In this document: positions 41,469 through 52,300 of the stretch, one piece after another
How positions within the stretch are numbered: position 1 is the first letter of the stretch
Layout: each line of letters begins with the position of its first letter
Source of the DNA: Paramoeba atlantica
Lineage: Eukaryota; Protista; Discosea
DNA: 64,000 bases
Reading direction: 5' to 3'
NCBI GenBank assembly: GCA_977017575.1
Contig: CDRNVI010000078.1
Span: 1-64,000, forward strand
Made by a program: the position numbers and the translations under genes
Notes under the pieces: model-generated
Told to the model about the DNA's origin: nothing
Databases searched by the model: none
Seen by the model: the letters and a program-made list of their open reading frames with translations, nothing else

Positions 41469-41665
41469 TTGTCGGACCCCTCCCGCGCGTACCAGGGGGG
41501 GTTACCCCCATGTGGGAGGGGGTGGAAAATCATCGCCGCGGCCTACTCTACCACTTCCCTGCGTTCGATTTCGAAAATCATGATTTTGAAAGTTTCAAAA
41601 AAAGACGTATCCCCCCCCCTGGACCCCCCATTTTTCAAATTTTCAATTTTGGACCACCGGAGCCC
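41469..41665. repeat. Dispersed ~200-bp module also present at 9962-10165
   Basis: TTGTCGGACCCCTCCCGCGCGTACCAGGGGGGGT ... TTTTGGACCACCGGAGCCC in both places. Confidence 0.85.
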
Positions 41666-41982
41666 CCTTTAATATTTTTGTCTTCTATTATAAACCCCTC
41701 CGCACCAATAAGGCACTCACCCTTAACTTTTCAGCCAAATGTCCGTTTGGGCTGATTTTTGTTGCATTTTGCAGATCTCAACATATAGACTGCGCGTGAA
41801 GAAATGAGATAAAAAGAAGCGAATACGTGTACTTTAGAGAGAGATTACCGTTTTGTCACCTTTCCTCCGTTACTCGCCACACAAGCTTTGAGAGGAGCAT
41901 CGAAGCTCAAAACCGAATCATAAATATAATCTTGAGTTTTTTTTGTCATCCCCCGAGCCCATTAGCGCACGCCCCTGCGGTA

Positions 41983-42351
41983 TCAGTTTTGTACCGCGGC
42001 ATGCGCTATCTGGGCGTTCCCCTTTTGGATGGCTACCCCGATTGCCATGATAAAATGGCTGAGGCAATCTTGAGACAATTTACGCCAAGCTTTACGTACG
42101 CTTTTTATGAGATCTTCTTTATTTGCAGGATTGCATTCATCTACAAGATTTTGTACCATGCTCCACACGTTTTCTATTGTTGAGAGATCGGGGGAGTTGG
42201 GCGGCCACTTTTTCAATAATTTCATTTTGCTGCCCTCAGGGTACGCTTTTATTTCCTTCGCAGTGTGAGGTGTTACCCCATCTTGCTGAAAAATACAGTT
42301 TGGGGTGAATGGTACTTTTTTTAATGTTTTAATGTACGAAACACATCTCAT
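41983..42351 (-). pseudogene. Tc1 transposase C-terminal remnant
   Basis: IFQQDGVTPHT..KWPPNSPDLSTIENVW. Confidence 0.85.
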
Positions 42352-42769
42352 TGAGTTGGATGGGCGAATAACAAGGTGTCTTTGGATTCTTTTTTTACTT
42401 CAGGCCTCAGAGTATAAATATTTTCAGGCGAATTGGTTTTCAAATATTTTCAAATATGTTTCATATTGACATTAAACTCGCGGGCTAGTTGCCTTATCGC
42501 AACCCCTTGGCCAAGCCTCATGAGCAATAACACTTTTCCACTTTCTGTAAGACCACCCCTGGGGAATCGATACGTATTTCTTGGCATGAAAAATGATTTT
42601 TTTTAAAAATACATTCAATTTTTATTTATTTTTCGAAATGACCTAAAGACAACGGGAACGTACAGATCTCAAAATTTTGCACGATAAAGTGGTGCGATAA
42701 CCCCCCTAGCCCCCCTCGTGCGAAAAATAAGGGTGGGTGCCTTTTTGAAGCGGAGGGGTTTATAACCTC

Positions 42770-43573
42770 GTGTGCCCAATGTACGCTCGCCTTCGGAAAT
42801 GGATTGTGCACTCTAATAAACGGGCACTAAAACGTCCAGTGACGCTAAGTTTTCCATGCTTAGCCACAGACCCAACTTTTTCATCCTTTTCCCCACACGA
42901 TGTACTAGAAAAGTTGGAGTTGGCTACCATGTCCCTCTGCGTAAATTGGTTAAATAGACGATTCTCCCAGTTAACTAGTTCCACGGTGACAGGTGTATGC
43001 CGATCGCTATGCGAGGTCACTATCGATCTCAACATCCTCATTGAGGCTCTCGTTCTGATCTCAAAGCACCGAGAAAATGGTCTGCTGTTCTTTGCGGACG
43101 CCGAGCGGACAAACATTCATGGTGTTTCGGAAGAAGAAGTGCCGGAATACTGGAAATGGAAAAAGCCTAACGCCCGATGGACCCTGAAACCAAGTGAACT
43201 TCCCGCCGAGCTCCTTTCGTCCGAATTATGCCAGTATCTTGAGAAAGAGCACATCAATCACTATGAGCCTTCTCTTAAAGGTCGCGAGATCGTTGCCGAG
43301 TGGTTTCGGTCTCTGTGGAAAAGCATCAGTGGAGCCACTGTTGAAGTGGCCGAAAGGACTTGTGACCGCCACAAGGCATTGCGCCAAACCATAGAGAGTA
43401 GCCGCTCTGAAACGGAACTGCTTTCAAATAAAGTTTCAAAGCAGGAAGCGGAAATTTGCATCCTTCGCCAGGAGTTGAGTACCTTGAAAAATGCAGTTGA
43501 AGATCTTTGCGAACGTTTCGCGAAAAGTAAGCCGACTCACGACGAACCTGTGCGATCTCCCGCCTTTTTCTGA
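42770..43573 (+). CDS. Orphan ORF (267 aa) with a C-terminal coiled coil, antisense to host genes
   Basis: Open 804-bp ORF with a heptad-like segment (ETELLSNKVSKQEAEICILRQELSTLKNAVEDL); no recognisable family. Confidence 0.5.
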   Translation: MCPMYARLRKWIVHSNKRALKRPVTLSFPCLATDPTFSSFSPHDVLEKLELATMSLCVNWLNRRFSQLTSSTVTGVCRSLCEVTIDLNILIEALVLISKHRENGLLFFADAERTNIHGVSEEEVPEYWKWKKPNARWTLKPSELPAELLSSELCQYLEKEHINHYEPSLKGREIVAEWFRSLWKSISGATVEVAERTCDRHKALRQTIESSRSETELLSNKVSKQEAEICILRQELSTLKNAVEDLCERFAKSKPTHDEPVRSPAFF

Positions 43574-45029
43574 GCCCGGTCCATTTCTGAGCCGCATTCC
43601 GAGTCGCATTTTTGGTAAAAGGGTTCTAAAAACTGCTAACCATACTCGATGTTTTTTTCATTTTTGGAGCATTACAGAGATTGATTGATGAATAATAGCT
43701 CTTCTTTTAAAATTTTGAAAAACCCGTTTTAATGCTCGTTTTATGCCCATTTTGGGCTTGCGGAATTAACCTTAGTAAGCGAGTTAGACACTCACCGTAT
43801 CTCCCTCAATAAGTTATTTTAAGTAATGGGATCCCAACTTTGTTTCCCAAGAAAAAAGACGAGCTTTCTTTGATTGAAATTCATAGTCAAGGTCCCACTT
43901 TGTCACAAAACATTTTTCAAAATGTATGAAGTACGGACTTTCGTACTTAGTACGGATAGTACGGTACTTAGTACGTACTATCCGTACTAAGTAGATGTAT
44001 GATAAGTAGTCTGTAGCCAAAAATTGTCCAATTTGCTGAGCTCCCGCTATTCGGGGCGAAGTGGGTGTTACACCAGTTCATCCCGAACGCCCCACGTCTC
44101 CAATAGGAGATGCCAAAGACCTAGGTATTGCATTATCGCGGTGCGAGCGTAGTTGGCAGACGGTGGGCCTTCCAACCTGCAGGTTGGGGGTTGGATTCCC
44201 GCTATCGACAAAACTCGCAACCTGGCGGCCTCACTACAAAGGGAAAGCGATCAGGAGTGCCTTCAAGTCCCACACCCAACCCCGCTCCCCTGGAGGACCG
44301 ACCCGGAACCGCCGAGCTGAACCAGGCTCCAGCGCAGCCGCTAAATTGCAAGCTGCTTACGCAAAGGAGGCTTGAGACACAGCCTACACGATGCAACGGG
44401 GTGGACGCCCGTCCTGGTAGCTACGGTTGGGTAGCCATTCTCGGGCCGCAAGGCGTCGAGTGCCGTCTGGGAAGGGGGTAGCAAGACGATGAAGGTCGGT
44501 GACCTGAGACTCTACCTTAACGGTTGGCGCTGCAGAGCCCTCCGTGTCTTCTTCTTCTTCTTCTATTGCATTATCGCCTGCTTGCTGGCATAGTTCGGAA
44601 ATGTCGAGTCTCAGCTTCAATGGTTTGGACTCCTCAGCTTCGACGGACCAACTCTTCTAGGGTGTTATACACCCTAGTGTTGTACCCTCGAGCGGACTTG
44701 GTTCCTCAGCTTCAAAGGACCAAATCTCAGCTTCAACTAGCTCTGAAGCTCCGAATTATGACCCTAGTCCGGTTATCATGGGCTAGCTGCAAGCCGCAGA
44801 TGAGCGGTACCCGAAGGGGGCGGCGAAGGGGGCGGCGAGGAGGGGAGGGTGAAGAGGGGTGGGGACGGTGGAGATCTCACATGATCTCGTCTTGGGCCTC
44901 ACCCGCAGCCCCTCACTTGTTGAAGGGAAATGGAGGTGCAGCAAGAAATGCAACGGAAGGTACGACGCATTAGGGCCCATGGTGCCCGGCCGGGCGTGTA
45001 GGAACGCGAAGCAAATAATTAAGTACCTA

Positions 45030-45391
45030 CCGTATTAAGTACCTGCCCCCAGTAATAGAATGGATGGTGTAATGCACCTTAATCTGCGTCCCTGTAATAC
45101 TGTAACTAAAAAAACCCTAACAAGGATATAAATGGATCAAAATGGCCGAATCTCTCTTTCAGGGGGATATGCTTTTTTGGCTAGTTTTCTCTTTTCTCCC
45201 ATCCTTTTTGACAATTCTTTTATATTTTTGTTCTGAAAACGTGTTAAAACGCTAATTACCCCAGAGGCCCCCGACATGCGGTCACTCACCTCCCACGCCC
45301 TATACGCCTCCTGTGGGGCACCCGAGCCAAACCTCTCTTACTGGGGGTCAGCCCAAAAAGGACCAAATCTTTCTTATTGGGGGGTATACGG
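45030..45391. mobile_element. MITE family C, copy 2 (inverted, diverged)
   Basis: Ends CCGTATT..CCCCCAGTAATAGA and TTCTTATTGGGGGGTATACGG+TA; interior is the reverse complement of 6090-6290. Confidence 0.8.
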
Positions 45392-45481
45392 TAATTGCTT
45401 ATATTCGAGGTGGGCGTCGTGAAGACTCGGCGGCAGAGGTGTAACTAAGTAAGCGAACGCTGATATCTCCACGCCAGTGGG

Positions 45482-45779
45482 TTGATTCCATTATGGCAAC
45501 AGCTCATGTACGTCGGCGTGTTTTGCACCATTCGTCTCTATTATTTTATGCAATGCGATGAAATCTTTTCGTTTCGGTTCGAAAGCGCCATCGTGGACAA
45601 CATGGTGCGAGGCGTGTTCGGAGTGAAGGGACAGAAATCGCAGACAATTGCATCCACTACAAGAACTAACAAGCTCTACTAAGTTAATAGACATAAATTC
45701 TGCATATTGTATGTTTGCGCCATAAAAATAGAAAAAAAGTCAAAAGTATGAAAAAGACCAAATTTGCTTCACTTTAACC
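45482..45779 (+). pseudogene. Merlin remnant with a right TIR
   Basis: FMQCDEIF..QTIASTTRTNKL resembles the Merlin at 15215; TIR AAATTTGCTTCACTTTAACC ends at 45779. Confidence 0.7.
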
Positions 45780-46134
45780 AATGATCCGTAGGGTATTTCA
45801 AAGAGTGCTCATCGAAATTGCCCTCCAGCCGAGAGCTTCTTTTAGGAGAAATACTCTTAATTGTACTCTTAATTGGACTTTGTCGTTCAAAATGACAATG
45901 TTTGTGGCTTAACGTGTCTGAAATGCCATTAGAGTGGGTAAAATATGCTGTATAAGTTTATCTTGGCAAAGCCCTTGGCTTGACCCATTTCTTGAGAGCG
46001 AAAATTTCAGGGTATCTTCAACTTTTATGATAAGACACTAAAACCAAGGATGAAAATCATCGATGAATTGACGCATTGCTGGCTACTCATACTGATTCTA
46101 GGAAGTTGAGCACTCATATCCTGAAGAATCTTCC

Positions 46135-46785
46135 CTAAGTATCTTCCTTAAAGTGTCTTAGTTCACAATTTGGTATTTCTTTGAGTGCTCCGGAGTACAA
46201 ATTTAGCATTCGAATTCGATGCTCGAAGTAGTCTATGGCCTGTTTGCTGGGAAGAGTAAGAAAGGCGTGGGCAGATAAAATAATAAATAATATCCAGGAA
46301 AAAAGAATAATTTTTTTGAAACCACATAGCCACATGGCCCAAAGCGCAAGCAAAGTTTGTGATATGTATAATCCTACAGAAAGAAATTCAGATTTTATCC
46401 GTAGATTTCCGTACATAATTCGCATGCGATGCCTCGCGAAAAGCACAAGGAGGGGGAAGAAAAAACGGGGATAAATGCAACTGTACCCCAGCCACATCGC
46501 AAGTGCTATATTAAAGTAATTGCGCATAAAATGTCCCCAGTTGATAACATAATATGCAGCATGGCATCCCGATGGGGGGATGCATGGAGGGTGCAGTAAT
46601 GATTTCCACGATCTTATCTCGCTGCTTTTAAAGTGAAAAACAAAATTTATCGCAATAAAAACAAAATCAAGTGTCGACTGCCCCAGCATACATGAAACTA
46701 AATTAACTAAGTATTCTAATTTGTCTATCATTCTTATCACAATATTCCTTAAAGCAGTACTATATTTGCGGCTCGCGAGATGCAA
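46135..46785 (-). CDS. Hypothetical multi-pass membrane protein
   Basis: Several hydrophobic segments; lies on the host-gene strand. Confidence 0.5.
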   Translation of the reverse strand: MHLASRKYSTALRNIVIRMIDKLEYLVNLVSCMLGQSTLDFVFIAINFVFHFKSSEIRSWKSLLHPPCIPPSGCHAAYYVINWGHFMRNYFNIALAMWLGYSCIYPRFFFPLLVLFARHRMRIMYGNLRIKSEFLSVGLYISQTLLALWAMWLCGFKKIILFSWILFIILSAHAFLTLPSKQAIDYFEHRIRMLNLYSGALKEIPNCELRHFKEDT

Positions 46786-48177
46786 AGGAAGTTTGAAAAA
46801 GAACTTAAAAATCCTACTAAAAAGTCAAACTAAAGAGCATACGATCAGTTAATTTGACTCAAAACAGAAATCATTTTTTTAATCATGCGAAAATTGAAAA
46901 CATCATGTAAGAACAGAATGCCCATTCGAAGACGTTCGCACACGCGATGCTACATAGCATGCTAACCTGTTGTCTTGGCTAAGGAAGAATGAAAGTGAAC
47001 TAAAGATTGAAAGTTAACAGACTTTTCTTAATACACGTTCTTAGTACACGTGAGGGGCTGCGTGTATCATCTCGCGTGATCTTGTTTTGCCATAGCAGTT
47101 TTGACACAGTAAGCGAAAAAAACAATAAAACATAGTGTCAGTTTTCTCTTTCACAACGTTTGTATAAAAGCATACACGTTTTATATAAATTTTATATAAT
47201 ATTTTATAACGTGTGTATACACGTTATATAACGTGCATATACACGTTTTTTGATTATTATTATTATTGGTTTTCATTCGATTATCTATCTTTCATTCGAT
47301 TATCTATTGCATTTCTTCAATGGAGTCGAACGCTGAGGTGAAAGACCGAATCCAAAGTTCCATTGAGTCCTCTTTGTCCTCGGATCATACTCTTCACGAC
47401 CTCGTCGTTCTCACCACGAAGAAAAGCTTTACTACAAGTGTAGAAGGCCCAACGTGTTTACCAAACCACGTTTGGAAATCTTAACTGAGGATCTGGAAGG
47501 AAAGGTTGTAGAGACAATGGAGTGAATTACCCGTACGATGGATACGTTTGTCCACTGCGGGCGTTCCATTTGCGGTGTGACGCTTTCGTGCTCGCTCATG
47601 GAACGAGTAATTTGTTTCCTAATTGAGCATCAAGAGCATCTGCTCTTAGACGTGGGGCCCCGTGGTGTTTACTTCTTGGAGCAAGCCACTCAAGACTTGG
47701 AATCCTTTCTTGAGAAGAACCCTCTGTATGCCCCGCAGCGAAAAGAAGTAAGTGACGTTTTGCTCCGAGTATGGAGATCACTTACTGGAAGTCCCTCACG
47801 GGCCTGCCGTGCGTGGCGTAAACGTGCAAAAGTTACAGTAATCCTACTACAGAGACAGATGCTGATACTTCCCAGGATATCAGTGAAGCTAGTGTCCACC
47901 TAGTGGAAGCCTAGTGAAAAAATAATCAGATTTCCTGATTTATGAAGTAGCAGAAGGATAGAAGTTGAAAATTAAGATAGAGTTGAAAATTATGAGTAAA
48001 AGTCATTGTGGAGTGTTATCTTTCGTTAATTCTTCCTTTTTATTTTTGTCATCTTCCGTCGTTAATTGACCACTATCATTGTTTGTAGCTCCTTCTTTTC
48101 TTGATCTTGTTTATTGCGCAATGTATGGTGTCACACACGACCAGGTGAATCAGTTTTTCAATGAGCTAAAAAGGGTA

Positions 48178-48473
48178 CACCCCCTCTAATTAATAATGAT
48201 AATGATAATAAGAATATTTTTTCTGAGATTATCATTATCACTATCATTATTTATGAAAGCAATAAGGGGTGATCAGAAACAAACATACATCTGTGTAGTA
48301 TGATTCTTTGTCTACGAAGGGAAAAAACAAGACAAGATTAAAGAGATGACGGAAGAAACCTCGAGGTGACATGGAGTAACGATGGAATGAAATGTTTTTG
48401 ATAATTTTTGAGTAATTTTCACAGTCCGAGGTGAAAATCTTTTTTCAATTATCATTATTAATGAAAGGGGGTG
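48178..48473. mobile_element. 296-bp MITE
   Basis: 26-bp TIR CACCCCCT(CTA/TTC)ATTAATAATGATAAT with 3 mismatches; TA TSD. Confidence 0.8.
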
Positions 48474-49329
48474 TACATGGGAATGAAGTTTCGGACACTG
48501 ACCTCAGGAGGCTTGTAAGTCTTCTTTGTATTTGTGTTCTTTAAATTGTACTTGGGAGCAGTTGTTCGAACTACAAGGTCTGTGGACCCTATCGGATACA
48601 CGTGTTTCAATTCGCACTCTGCGAGAGGACTTCACCCGAGTGGCAATGAAGATGTGAAAGTCTGCTGAAACCTTGCAAAGCTCCGTTAAAACTCGCTGAA
48701 CCACTGCATCAGTCTAACGTGACCGAAATCGGTTCTTCACGAAGTCAATATACAGTGTATTCGCGCGCGGTTAGCTCACGTACAGAAACGTGTCCAACAA
48801 AAACCATTTTCGAGATGAGCTCTGTGTGGGGCATGATCAACTAGAGGTACAACAGGGAAAGAATAGCACAGAAGGCGTTGAGATTGTAACACTTAATTTT
48901 GTCAATCTCAAAAGAATTAAACAGGAGATAGGTAATGAATAATGCTGATTTCGAAGCGGCCATTATTTTGTGCACATAAACGTCGGAAATAGGTCGTCGT
49001 TTCCGGGTAATGAGCAATAAATAAATATTAAAGAAATATTTCCTTTCAAGCAAATTACTTTTCTATAAGCAGAACGTACTCGAAATAGTAATACTTATTG
49101 AATTCTAGAAAAACGGTTGTATTTCAAGATTCCAGCATAAACGTGTATACAATATACGTCATATTAACGATCCACATTTGCTTTAATTGGACGCATAAAA
49201 ACGCGCGCATCGCCAAAGAGTCCAAGAACACTTTGGCAAAAGAAGTGTCATAAGATTTACAGGATATATAGAAGTCTACTTCTTATAGACATTGATTCGG
49301 AATTCGCACAAAAACTTCCTCATTATTAT

Positions 49330-52300
49330 TTACTCTTCTTTAGAATGTAACGGAACTCCACTCAATTTCCTACGTGTCACACCTTGAGGTACCGAGAAGT
49401 CTGCCTCAGCGGAATTCGCCGCCGGGTGAACGACTAACCGCTTCGGGGAGGATCCACTTTCCATCTCCTCACTGTTCTTCCCCTCCTCTCCCCACTGCTG
49501 TGTCTCGGCATTCGACTCCACTGGACCAAGAAACGGGTCCTCCTCCTCCTCCTCCTTCCCCCTCAACTGCATCGACGACCCTTCCCCAGGACCTGACGTT
49601 GTCTCCCACCCCTCTTCCCACAGCGAGGTCCCGCCGGACTCCTCCGGCTCCCTGGATGATCCGAGGGCACTGCATGTGCTGGTCTCATCCCACTCACTCC
49701 CGTCTGCTGTTGCTGTGTGATTCTGCTGCTCTCGAAGTATGGGCTCCTCCTCGTACGACCCGACACGGAATCGGGAGGGGGTGAGATGAATCGGCTGGGG
49801 TGGGGGCGCGGGAGGTGCGGAGAGGTGAGAGGACGAGGGCGTCGGGGAGGCATGGGAGAGCGTACGGCCGCGGAGACGAGAGCGCGACCGGGACCGACAC
49901 CCGCCGGTACCGCTGCCAAACATCGACCGTTTCGCCTCCTCCTCACGCCGGGAGAGCACGGCACGGCCAAAGGCTTTGTTAAGTGCCTTAGTGTAGATTT
50001 TTGACCCTTTGCGGGATCCGGCGCAGAAGTAGACCGCGTGGGCCCCGAATGGCTGGTTGAGACGGTGAATCATAAGATCGGGGGCTCGTAAGAGGGTGTC
50101 TATGAGGGCTTTGGTGTTGTACTGTGCTATGGCTTTGGTGCAGTAAGTTTGGTTGTTCCATTGACCCTCTGGGAGTCGTTTCAGATGGTAGTACAGGACG
50201 TGGCGAACAAAGTCGTGCGTGAGTTCATCGACGGGGATGCGTAAGGAGTAACACGGACTGCGCTGAAACTCATCAAAGAGTCGGTAGTACAAATTTGATA
50301 AGGTCTCTGTCAACTGCTCTTCCGTGGAATAGATGTACTGCTTGAAGCGAGGAAGAAGTACCCGAATACGACAACTGCCGTCAGATTCTACGGTAAAAGG
50401 ATCCACTTCGAACTGTGAGGTACCGGAACTCAAAATAAACGCCGCTGGACGAGCTCGAGCACCTTTTATGTACGATCCCTTATTCACGATTTCTTCAACC
50501 TCAGTAGAAATCACGCTTTCAACGCGATTCGCAGTTCGTACTTCCTTGTCTTGAGCGCTATACTTGGCTGAAATAAATAATGATTGCAGCTGCTGCAGAT
50601 CATTCCCGGAAGTAATGTACAAGGATGGACGCTGTAACGCCACTGACATGCGAGTTCGGGACAAAAATTGCCGCAATTGAACGTACAAATCGTGCTGTGG
50701 AATGTAGAGTCGCAGTGCCATTTGTAATAAACTACGTCCTCCATCATACAAAAATTGAGAATGGGTAGATGAACGCTTTATTTGAAACCTGGAATCTGAG
50801 CCCACGGTTTCATTGCTTGGAATTTCCGGGCAGGATGCTGCGCTCTTGGGATCAGAAAATTCTTCCATGGCTTGCTCTTGTTGCAAAACTTCATCAATGG
50901 CTTGTAGAATGGCCGGAGCCGTGAGATGCATAATGGAGGAGGCTAAGGGGTTTTTGGCCCATTCAAGCATCTCTTCGTATAAAAAGGGCTTCATAAGAAA
51001 CTCAGCTGATCGCGAATTCCACCTTTTCCAACGTTTAAAAGCCTGTGCGTAAGCTTCTTGTAATTCTTGGCGTAATGTCGTTTCCGGAGTTTCGCCACTT
51101 AAAGATGCAGTTTCAGAATTGAATAGTTGGTTCACAGTATCTTGAAGCGTGCTTTCAAGTTCATCTAGTTGTAACGCAACATAGGCGTCTTCTAGCGGAC
51201 CGGCGGCATCCAGTACGCTCATACAGTCAACAGGAGAAGAACTTTTTGACGCAGTGCTAGACCCATGAGGTGATGGGCTTCGACTGTGTCCACCTTTTCG
51301 TTCTGGTGCAGCAAAGAAACGAAACGGGTTCGGGATACCCATGTCACTTCGACTTCGATCTCTGCGTGAGGATGACGACCTGCGTGAGGATGAAGATTTG
51401 CGAGGCCTACGATTTAGCCTCACGTCACTTAGAGTAGAATTCGTGTATTCAACCTCAGTGCTATCTTTATTCGACTTTCCAAACAGCCCTGCACTAGACG
51501 GTCTCGAGTTTCGGTCTGTTAAGGAAATTTCTGCGCAACGACTTGATGGCAGTGGTTCACTGTCGGCCGATTCAATATAAACAAATTCTGGATCATTCAT
51601 CAGCTTTTCTACTGTGTCTTCAAAGGACATGAGAACATCCACACGAACAGAAGAAACAGCCCCCTCCGATAGCAACTGATCGCTGTCAAGAATGCTTTGG
51701 CTTGGCGTATCTATAGGAGACAACGTTACATTCGGGGATAACACGGGAGACACAACATCACTCGATTGGTCGCCTTCCTCATTCGGTCGCTGACCCAAAC
51801 ACGGGTTTGTCCCTGGCTCGTAGAGCATTAGTCTCTCCGGTGGGCACACCTTGTAGAGCTCCAGAGCATAGGCGAGTACATTTTCAAGAGGTTCGTCTGT
51901 CTTACCAGAACCATATAGTTCATCAATCTCGGTAGTACCATATCGATGGGGGACAGAAAAGATGGCTTGGTACATGTGAAACGTCTCCGGCTCCTCGAGT
52001 CCCAGTTCCTCGGCCTGGCGGACTATATCGTGATATGCGCGATCCAAGTCTGCCCGGGCATGTATCAGCATGGAAGCAGAGAGGTAAACGGGCATAAAGA
52101 AAGGATCGGTAGCAAAGAAAAAGTCGTACATGCGTGCAACCACATGCAGTGGCCCTTTGGTGTACGCTGTGGTAAATAGAGTTGCTATCCACGCAAAAGC
52201 ATAGTCTCCTCCAGCCTGGCTGGCGGCTTCTATGTGCCGAGCACCGACAGGGTCTTTGTACTCAACCAGAGGATGGACAAGCCGAAACAGGGACCTTGTT

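Noticed and set aside
44040-44800. Gag-like or LTR-like remnant with CTCAGCTTC repeats and a 12-mer (ATTCGGGGCGAA) shared with 54788
   Set aside because: No LTR pair, primer-binding site or protein motif could be confirmed by eye.
6916-45779. Apparent bias of transposase genes toward the strand opposite host genes
   Set aside because: About 8 plus versus 4 minus; too few, and not independent because of nesting.
47171-49150. Possible old CATAC-type element (CATACACGTT start, palindromic AACGTGT..ACACGTT) enclosing ORFs 47266-47903
   Set aside because: The right end lacks GTATG and there is no matching 6-bp TSD.
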